Assembly (NCBI GenBank): GCA_000708525.1 | Contig: JMRP01000009.1 | Coordinates: 2,588-66,587, forward strand | DNA from: Cyanobium sp. CACIAM 14 | Lineage (GTDB): Bacteria > Cyanobacteriota > Cyanobacteriia > PCC-6307 > Cyanobiaceae | Direction: 5' to 3' | DNA: 64,000 bases | Shown here: positions 57,211 through 64,000 of the stretch, one piece after another | Numbering within the stretch: the stretch's first letter is position 1 | Layout of the letters: every line of letters starts with the position of its first letter | Notes under the pieces: model-generated | What the model was told of the DNA's origin: nothing | Database searches by the model: none | Seen by the model: the letters and a program-made list of their open reading frames with translations, nothing else | Translations under genes and position numbers: made by a program

Positions 57211-57789
57211 TCAGCGGCGCTCGCGGAAGATCGCCAGGGCCGCGAGCAGGCCTCCGGCGAAGCCCGACGCATGCCCTATCCAGCTGACCCCAGGGGGGCT
57301 CAGGAACGGCAGCAGACTGGGCAGGGCTCCGCCGTAGGCGAACAGGGCGGTCATGGACAGGAGGATCGAGACCGGCCGACGCTCCAGCCAGCCGATCAGC
57401 AGCAGATAGCCCAGCAGCCCGTAGATCACCCCGGACAATCCGTGGCTGGCCTGGTGCCAGAACAGCCAGACGGGGATGGCCGTGGCGTAGACGCCCAGCC
57501 ACACCGCCAGGTAGTCGCCCCGGCTCTTGGCCAGCACCAGCCAGGAGAGGGGAAGGAACCAGACAGTGTTGCCGATGAGGTGCCCGAAGCCGCTGTGGCT
57601 GAAGGGGGCGGTGAGCACCCCGAGGAACGGCCCCCCCGGCACCATGGGAAGGTTCCACTGGCCTGCGAAGAACACCTGGTCGATGAGTTCCTGCGCCCAG
57701 GCAAGGGCGAGGATCCCCAGCGGCAACAGGGCCACGCTTCCTAGCCGGGCGAGGCTGCGGTCGAGTCGCTGGGCAAGGGAACCGGCCAT
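57211..57789 (-). CDS. Rhomboid-family intramembrane serine protease
   Basis: FSHSGFGHLIGN, HGLSGVIYGLLG (GxSG) and HASGFAGG. Confidence 0.8.
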   Translation of the reverse strand: MAGSLAQRLDRSLARLGSVALLPLGILALAWAQELIDQVFFAGQWNLPMVPGGPFLGVLTAPFSHSGFGHLIGNTVWFLPLSWLVLAKSRGDYLAVWLGVYATAIPVWLFWHQASHGLSGVIYGLLGYLLLIGWLERRPVSILLSMTALFAYGGALPSLLPFLSPPGVSWIGHASGFAGGLLAALAIFRERR

Positions 57790-58004
57790 GGCGGCTCGGG
57801 GGCGAAGGGAGCGTCGCGGCCTGTCCTAGCTCCTCGCCGAGCGATCAGCAGCCACCACCACGGGGAATCGGGACCGGGGTGGAGCGTCGGCGCCCCAGGG
57901 CAGGAGCCCCTCCGCTGCCTAGGGTCGGGCAAGCGTCCGCTTGCCAGAGCACGATGCCCTTGCCCTCTCTCTGCGGCGACTTCGGCCGCTGATCGGGGAC
58001 CCCA

Positions 58005-58961
58005 ATGGATCCAGCCATCCTCGATGTCGACCTGCTGGCCTTCGAGCGGGGCAGCGAAGCGGCCCGCATGGCGGCGGTCGACGGGGTGAAGCGCAGCCTC
58101 GCCACCGGGTTCGTCTACACCAGCAGCGATCTCCCTGACGACCTGCTGGATTCCGCCTATGAGCTGCTGCAGCGCTTCTTCGCCCTGGACGAGGAGACGA
58201 AACAGCGCTTCCGGGCCCCGGGCGCCAGCGGCCAGACCGGTTACACGGGGGTCCTGGTGGAAACGGCCGCAGGCAGTGCTCACCCGGACTGGAAGGAGAT
58301 GCTGAACTGGTCGTCTCCCCTGCCGGCGGCCCATCCGCTGCGGCGCCGCTTTCCCGCCTTCTATCCCGAACAGGTCCTGCCGGAGGAGGCCGTCCCGGGG
58401 ATCACGGAGGTGCTGGGGGCGTTTCACCGGGCCATCGCCGACCTGCAGCGGCGATTTCTGCGGGTGATCGCGCTGGGCATGGGCTGCTCGGCGGACTTCT
58501 TCGAGGAGATGGTCCGTGAGGCGCCCACCCTCACCCGGGCCCTGCGGTATCCGCCCATGCCCCAGGCCCCTCCGGGGGGACACCTCTGGGCCGCCCCCCA
58601 CGGGGACATCAATCTGATCACCGCCCTGCCAAGGGCCACCGCCCCCGGCCTGCAGGTGCAGGTGGCGGGGGAATGGGTCGACGCGCAGCCTCCGGAGGGC
58701 CGGGTGATCATCAACACAGGACTGATGCTGGAGCGTCTCAGCAACGGCCGGATTCCCACGGGCTGGCACCGGGTGGTGGCACCGGCGGATGGCGCCGCGG
58801 AGCGGTACAGCGTCGTGCAGTTCTGCCATGCCACGCCCTGGACGATCCTGGCCCCGGTGTCCTCCTGCTGCGACGCCGATCACCCGCAGCGCTACAGCGC
58901 CCTCCGAGCCGCCGATGCCCTCGAGGAGGTTCTCTACCGCATCAATCTGCTGGAGCGCTGA
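58005..58961 (+). CDS. 2-oxoglutarate/Fe(II)-dependent oxygenase (isopenicillin-N-synthase-like)
   Basis: APHGDINLITAL (HxD), TGWHRVV (distal His), RYSVVQF (RxS). Confidence 0.8.
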   Translation: MDPAILDVDLLAFERGSEAARMAAVDGVKRSLATGFVYTSSDLPDDLLDSAYELLQRFFALDEETKQRFRAPGASGQTGYTGVLVETAAGSAHPDWKEMLNWSSPLPAAHPLRRRFPAFYPEQVLPEEAVPGITEVLGAFHRAIADLQRRFLRVIALGMGCSADFFEEMVREAPTLTRALRYPPMPQAPPGGHLWAAPHGDINLITALPRATAPGLQVQVAGEWVDAQPPEGRVIINTGLMLERLSNGRIPTGWHRVVAPADGAAERYSVVQFCHATPWTILAPVSSCCDADHPQRYSALRAADALEEVLYRINLLER

Positions 58962-59322
58962 TCGGGCGCCGGGGGGTGGGGCGGTGGTGCGCCCAGTTCG
59001 CCTTCTCCCATGAGTTCCACGACCCAGGCGGCCGGAATCCGCTCGATGCCGCCGGTGTCGATGGACAGCACCCGGGGGCGAAGGTCTTCGGTCCGGGGCC
59101 GCCGAGATCACAGATCCGGCCGATGAACCAGGGTCTCCCGGCCATGCCCCCCCGGCGCAGGGGGGCACGTCAGGCCAATCTCCCTGACGTCCATGCCAGA
59201 CGAGGGCGTCGATCTGCCATCAGACATCGGTGCCGGCCACTGCAGCGGTGACCTGGAGGCTCATCGAGCGACAATCCTCGCTTCCGAGTGGAATGAGGCT
59301 TCCAACCTCCAGAGGAAGGCAC

Positions 59323-62300
59323 TCAGACGGCCACGCTCTGGTAGCCGCCCAGGGAACGGCAGACCACCCGGTTGCGACCATTGCGCTTGGCCTCGTAAAG
59401 GCAGTCATCAGCGAGTTGCTGCAGGGTGTCGAAATCGCAGACGGCATGCGAATTGGGGTCCCAGATGGCGATGCCGATGCTGACGGTGAGGCAATTTCCC
59501 TTCAGCGGATCGGGATGGTAAATAGCTTTCTTTTCGATTGATTCGCGGAGACTTTCGCAAAGCTCGAGGGCTGATGCAGTATCTGTGTCGGGAAGAATAA
59601 TCGCAAACTCTTCACCGCCAAGACGAGCGAGGAAATCATTCTTGCGATGGATGCTGGCATTCAGAAGAAGCGCAACCTCCTTGAGACAGTGATCACCATA
59701 GCCGTGCCCCATTACATCGTTGATCATTTTGAATTGGTCGATGTCGATCATCACCAGGGCCAGGAAAGAAGACGTCAGCTTGGAGGAGGCAATGTTGGAT
59801 TTCAGGAAGGAGTCGAAGCTGCGTCGATTCGCCAGCATTGTAAGCGGATCGAGCAGGGCAAGCCGCTTGGAGCGTTCACTCTCAAAAGCATAGAAAAGCA
59901 GGCTCAACAAACTGCTCATGGCTTCAATCCGTTGAATCTGCTCATCACTGAATGTGGTGCCGCCATGGAGAGCAATGGTGAGCACCGGAATCGAGATTCC
60001 ACGTGATTCAAGCCTGATTCCAAGGTAATCGCTGCAGCCTTCAGCCTTCAAACCTTCCAGAAAATTAAAGCCAACTCCCTTTGTCGACGAGGGCTTATGG
60101 CGGAAGATTCGGGTGGCGGTAGCGATGTAATGCAAGGGGCTGCTCAGATGCTCGTGTTTCTGAAGAAAGTCCCTTTCAAATCGCAGTGTTGTCACCTTGC
60201 CAGGGCTTGACCCTTGCCAAACATACTGGCTGCAGTCAATATCATCTTGGTCAGGTAGGAAGGCAAGCGAGAATCTCAGGATATCCAAGCCCCAGCGCTT
60301 GAGTTCGTTGACAAAGAGAAGTACGAATTCCTCAAAACTCCGCAATCTTGACCAGTTGTCCAGAATGTAACGTTCAAGCGGTACATTGAGCTCAGTGCAA
60401 TCACCATCTTCGTTGCTGCGGAGATCAAGAAGACGTGCTGAGGAATGGATCTTGGCGAGCTGTTTTTGCAGTGCCACAGGGGAGGCCCATGTGGATGTAT
60501 CGAGAAATGTGATCACCTCTTCCAACGCCAGAGGTCTGGAAATGAAGTGTCCTTGCAGAGCGTCGGCTCCGAGACGCACGGCGGCGGTCATCTCGTTGTA
60601 AGTTTCTATACCTTCACAGACCACGGTCTTGCCAAGGGCGTGAACAGTGCTGATGAAGGAGCCGATGTATCGCTGCAGGCGAAAGGACAGATGGATTCCC
60701 TTGACGAGGTTGATATCAAGCTTGATGGCGTCATACCAGGCCTCGCAGATTCGTCTGTAGTTCGACAGACCCGAACCAAAGTCGTCAATAAGGACCCTGA
60801 AGTTCAGTTCCTTAATGAGTCTTTCCGACGCCGTCGTGACGTTGATGGAGCCAACGGGAATGTCGGTCGCGGCCGTTTCGGTGATCTCAATGCAGAACGT
60901 TGAGCTGTCGACACGATGTTTCTTCAGGTTCCTGATTAGCTGATTGAGCCTGTCTTCGCTGCTAGCGGAGTCACTGCTGATATTGACTGATATGTAGTCG
61001 ATTCGCTCTCTGAGAATCTCGGATTTGCGTAGTGCTTGATGGACCTCTTCCAGCCGGCTGATCACCAGGGCGTCGATACGATGGGCGATGCCGAGATCAT
61101 GGGCCAGCTCCAGAACCTTGCCGGTGCCGAGATTATGGAGGGCGTGAGGTCGAAAACGGATTAATAGTTCCAGTCCGAACTGTCCAGGATTGTGTACCAG
61201 TAGGATGGGCTGAAATCGAAGATCAAGATCTTCTGCTCTCAACTGGGTCAGTTGTGCTTTTACAAGACTTCTTTCCAGGAGCAAGGTATCATCTCCCTCC
61301 TCCATCAGTCGGCAGGAAAGGCGATCTTCCGACGCCAGCATCTCTCCGACCGCCTGCAGGGACAACAAGGACGAGGGAGATGCTCCCGGCACGAAACGTT
61401 GACCGGTGATCACTACATCACCCCAGTCGATAGCCATCTCCCTGGACTGCTGCAGTGATTCGCTGACAAGTGCAAGGAGGTCGGCAAGTATCGACTCGCA
61501 ATCATCCTTGGTATGAAGCAGATTGTCATTGGTGGCAGGGATGATCAAGGCGCATTTGGTTTCCCCTGTGCGGTAAAAGTCCAGGTACGAATATGACGGA
61601 GCCATCTGTTGGATATGCTTGCACGTACCGGAAATGATCATGGCGATCTCGTTCTCGTTCAAGAAGGCCCGCTGACGCTCAAGAAAGCGAAAGAAAATCG
61701 TCACCAGCATCGCCTTGCGGTGCTGATCAGGCGAGTCGTGCTGTGCAGCTAGTTCAAGGTCGTTGGCTAATGCAAAGCGTGACAACAGGAGAGTCTGCTC
61801 ATCAGTCCGTAAGGAACTCATGAGCCTCCTCTCTTTCCTTCGAAAGTGCCTGCTGACGGCCAAGTTGATGGCAGTGAACAGCACGCCGAAGCTGACCAGG
61901 GCGATGGCCAGATCTCTTTCTATGGGTTCTGCCAGAGGACCCTGGGAGGAGAGATCCCAGGCGAGTTGCTGATCTCTGGCGCTGATCTGCTGAAGGCGGC
62001 CAGATGCAACCGGTCCCATCCTGTTGGAACTCGAGAGAACCGCATTGTTGCTGTCGCGATGATGGTTCCCATCGGGAAGAGGTTGACGCGCGGAGAGCTT
62101 CATTCCAGCTTGAGCGGGCTCCCGGCCGTTCTTCACCCAAGTGAGCAGGAGAGAGGAAGCGCTCCCTCTGGACGGCATCAGGGGGCGGATGCTTGGGTGG
62201 TTGCTCTGGCAATCCAGTTGGATGGCATCCACCTCAGACGAGGAAAGCACTTCTGCGGTGCTCGTCCTCACCATGGTCTCAGCCCTTGAGACCGGGAGGG

Positions 62301-62490
62301 GCCGAGCGTTGGACGGGAACTCGGTGGCCTGCGTTGGGGCACACGTCAGATCTGCCAGGCGGTCAGCGGTCTCGCTGATGATGCTGGCATTGCGCTTGTG
62401 GCCCACAGACATGAAAACCAGCAGAGAGCCAATGGAGAGAATCGATCCACCGAAAATGAGGCTTCTCAGACGACGGCCCATCGTCAGCAT
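59323..62490 (-). CDS. Membrane-anchored multidomain c-di-GMP signalling protein: periplasmic region, degenerate GGDEF-like region, EAL, GAF-like region, GGDEF
   Basis: EAL-domain residues ELLIRF, VNISS, EITE, IDDFGSG, IKLD and EGIET. C-terminal RKND (I-site RxxD) followed by GGEEF. Two TM segments flank a ~190-aa N-terminal region. The gene is markedly AT-richer than its flanks. Confidence 0.88.
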   Translation of the reverse strand: MLTMGRRLRSLIFGGSILSIGSLLVFMSVGHKRNASIISETADRLADLTCAPTQATEFPSNARPLPVSRAETMVRTSTAEVLSSSEVDAIQLDCQSNHPSIRPLMPSRGSASSLLLTWVKNGREPAQAGMKLSARQPLPDGNHHRDSNNAVLSSSNRMGPVASGRLQQISARDQQLAWDLSSQGPLAEPIERDLAIALVSFGVLFTAINLAVSRHFRRKERRLMSSLRTDEQTLLLSRFALANDLELAAQHDSPDQHRKAMLVTIFFRFLERQRAFLNENEIAMIISGTCKHIQQMAPSYSYLDFYRTGETKCALIIPATNDNLLHTKDDCESILADLLALVSESLQQSREMAIDWGDVVITGQRFVPGASPSSLLSLQAVGEMLASEDRLSCRLMEEGDDTLLLERSLVKAQLTQLRAEDLDLRFQPILLVHNPGQFGLELLIRFRPHALHNLGTGKVLELAHDLGIAHRIDALVISRLEEVHQALRKSEILRERIDYISVNISSDSASSEDRLNQLIRNLKKHRVDSSTFCIEITETAATDIPVGSINVTTASERLIKELNFRVLIDDFGSGLSNYRRICEAWYDAIKLDINLVKGIHLSFRLQRYIGSFISTVHALGKTVVCEGIETYNEMTAAVRLGADALQGHFISRPLALEEVITFLDTSTWASPVALQKQLAKIHSSARLLDLRSNEDGDCTELNVPLERYILDNWSRLRSFEEFVLLFVNELKRWGLDILRFSLAFLPDQDDIDCSQYVWQGSSPGKVTTLRFERDFLQKHEHLSSPLHYIATATRIFRHKPSSTKGVGFNFLEGLKAEGCSDYLGIRLESRGISIPVLTIALHGGTTFSDEQIQRIEAMSSLLSLLFYAFESERSKRLALLDPLTMLANRRSFDSFLKSNIASSKLTSSFLALVMIDIDQFKMINDVMGHGYGDHCLKEVALLLNASIHRKNDFLARLGGEEFAIILPDTDTASALELCESLRESIEKKAIYHPDPLKGNCLTVSIGIAIWDPNSHAVCDFDTLQQLADDCLYEAKRNGRNRVVCRSLGGYQSVAV

Positions 62491-62892
62491 TCACCAGGCT
62501 GCGCATGACGCGTCGGCCATGATCGTCGCCATTCGCGCTCCCGTGGCCAGCACGACAACCAGACGTCCGTGCAGATGGTGAGGCCCATTCATTGACTCAT
62601 ACCGTTGCATGCTACCCGGATCCTTGCGGACGTCCCGAAGTACCACTTCTACCCTGCAGCGAAAACCTGAGGGGGCAGGGCCCAGCACCCACGGCCCCCC
62701 AGATGAACGGGTATCAGCATGAGACTAGGGTGAAGGATCGGTGATCGCGGACGTCCTGGCCTGTAGGCGGCGCTACCAACCGCCGCGAGATCTTGAATCG
62801 AAAATATTTCCGATTCTCAGACTGGGCATCGATCGCACCTCCCAGCTCAAGCCAGGCATAATTTTGTCTGAATTCTTCCTGAGTCCCCGCTG

Positions 62893-63990
62893 ATGCTTTC
62901 CGTTCCTTCCGCTGACCTTCGTACGGCCATCGTCGGGGCCGGTCCTTGTGGGCTCGCCCTGGCCCGGGGGCTCTGGTTGAACAGCGCCCAGGCTGCTGTG
63001 TTCGAGAGAAACGGCGGACCCAGTCCAAGAGGATTCGGTTTTCTGCTGCTGGGGAACGGGTGCGACGCGCTTCGCTCACTCGGTCTCCGTCCTGGGGAGT
63101 CTCTGGGCCACCGGATCGATGCCGTCCAGATTCTCAATCTGGACGGGGCAGTGCTGGCCGAGTATTCCCTGCCAGAGGCCGTGGCCGTCACCCGGTCCCA
63201 GCTTGTGAACGCCCTGCTGGAGGGGGCTCCCAAGCAACTGGTGCGCTTCGGCCATCAATTCGATCGCTTCGAGTGGGATGGGGAGATGGCCACGGCCGCC
63301 TGCTTCTCCAACGGCCTTCGTCATGAAGCGGATGTCTTCGTCGCCGCCGATGGGGTGCGCTCGCAATGCCGCCAGGCTCTGGGCGCCACCTCCAGGCTCC
63401 GATCCGGCCAGGTGAAGGAGATCGTGGCCTGCGTTCGCTTACCCACGGTGGACAAGGAACTGGGTGGTTGCTTCCGCAAGGTTCTCCATCCCACCGAGGG
63501 GCTGGCGGTGGGACTGGTGCCTCTTGGCGATGGCCATGTGATCTGGTTCGTCCAGTTCGACAGCCAGCAGTTCCCCACCCCCTGGATGGGAGAGGTGGGC
63601 TCCTTCCTCGACCGCCACCTCGCCGAGTTCCCTGAGTTCGTGCGGGATGTGGTCATCGTCAGCGATCTGTCCCGCGCCCATCTCTGGCACACCGTGGACG
63701 AGGACCTTCCAAACTGCTGGAGTCACGGCAACGTCGTTCTGGCGGGGGATGCGGCCCACCCGCTGCTCCCCTTCACGAGCCAGGGCGTGAACATGGCCCT
63801 TGAAGATGCCGTGGTGCTCAGCCGATTGCTTCTCGAGAGCAGCGGCAGGGACGCCCTCATCGCCCGGTTCCAGGAGTACGAAAGGCTGCGAAGACCGGAT
63901 GTGCTCCGCTGCCTGGAAGCCGGACGGGGCATGGCGAGGGACTTCATGTCACCCGGTCAGGCAAGGTTCCAGATCCCCGTGGCGGCGTGA
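62893..63990 (+). CDS. FAD-dependent monooxygenase
   Basis: IVGAGPCGLALA (GxGxxG) and GDAAHPLLPFTSQGVNMALEDA. Confidence 0.85.
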   Translation: MLSVPSADLRTAIVGAGPCGLALARGLWLNSAQAAVFERNGGPSPRGFGFLLLGNGCDALRSLGLRPGESLGHRIDAVQILNLDGAVLAEYSLPEAVAVTRSQLVNALLEGAPKQLVRFGHQFDRFEWDGEMATAACFSNGLRHEADVFVAADGVRSQCRQALGATSRLRSGQVKEIVACVRLPTVDKELGGCFRKVLHPTEGLAVGLVPLGDGHVIWFVQFDSQQFPTPWMGEVGSFLDRHLAEFPEFVRDVVIVSDLSRAHLWHTVDEDLPNCWSHGNVVLAGDAAHPLLPFTSQGVNMALEDAVVLSRLLLESSGRDALIARFQEYERLRRPDVLRCLEAGRGMARDFMSPGQARFQIPVAA

Positions 63991-64000
63991 GCAACCCTTA

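Noticed and set aside
54861-57287. 808-aa plus-strand ORF
   Set aside because: It is antisense to the CPBP-fusion gene. Its composition is R/G/P/Q-rich with no motifs, and the opposite strand has clear TM helices and CPBP motifs.
57741-59168. 475-aa minus-strand ORF spanning the 2OG-oxygenase locus
   Set aside because: It is antisense to a gene with clear HxD...H and RxS motifs, and its translation is R/G/P-rich.
58975-59210. Minus-strand reading ...MDVREIGLTCPPAPGGHGRETLVHRPDL* and RVLSIDTGGIERIPAAWVVELMGEGELG that looks faintly like a gene remnant
   Set aside because: It is interrupted by a stop, and I cannot assign either piece to a family. The evidence is too weak to call a pseudogene. 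A blastx check would be needed.
59323-62892. Looked for mobile-element hallmarks (integrase, transposase, tRNA target, terminal direct or inverted repeats) around the AT-richer island
   Set aside because: None were recognised. The island is therefore reported only as compositionally atypical, not as a mobile element.

Overview
All calls come from reading the sequence and the supplied ORF track by hand. No database or covariance search was run. The window is a high-GC (about 65-70% by hand count of sample lines) cyanobacterial chromosome segment, most consistent with a Cyanobium/Synechococcus-type picocyanobacterium. Supporting evidence: a phycocyanin beta subunit, AcsF, plant-type ferredoxin, type III glutamine synthetase, a CRP(PtrA-like)/PhoB/PhoR/PstS block, and copies of the HIP1 octamer GCGATCGC (e.g. 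2895, 13743, 18687, 30445, 38729, 46410). Coding density is high, and many long ORFs in the track are off-frame or antisense artefacts of the GC content. Main blocks in order: (1) a frameshifted pyruvate kinase, corA, and a phosphate-stress block (two PstS-family binding proteins, a CRP-family regulator with a good Pho box, phoB, phoR). (2) An ExbB-ExbD-ExbD-Pro-rich protein chain, then cysK, petF and an arsR-pentapeptide-gor operon. (3) A low-oxygen-type tetrapyrrole cluster (acsF ... heme oxygenase-hemN) that also carries a hemerythrin-like gene coupled to acsF, a divergent aldehyde-deformylating-oxygenase (ADO) paralog, a Ycf54-like gene and a decayed cpcB relic. (4) A PilZ gene, an amt-PII operon with an NtcA box, and a monocistronic orphan cpcB. 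(5) glnN, a pirin/FMN-reductase/OYE set, a BcsA-like glycosyltransferase and an ArsS-like radical SAM gene. (6) A desaturase-hydrolase-GS-like operon. (7) The strongest candidate for an undescribed system: a guanidine-I (ykkC) riboswitch leading a GdmH-HypA-HypB-type guanidine hydrolase operon. This operon is extended by a translationally coupled GS-like ligase, a NitT/TauT ABC importer and a Rieske oxygenase, and contains a phase-locked 12-nt x 8 repeat. (8) Paralogous small-ORF loci, ppk2, a CPBP-fusion protein plus rhomboid, and an AT-richer island encoding a 1055-aa EAL-GGDEF signalling protein. No rRNA, tRNA, CRISPR array, transposase or integrase was recognised.
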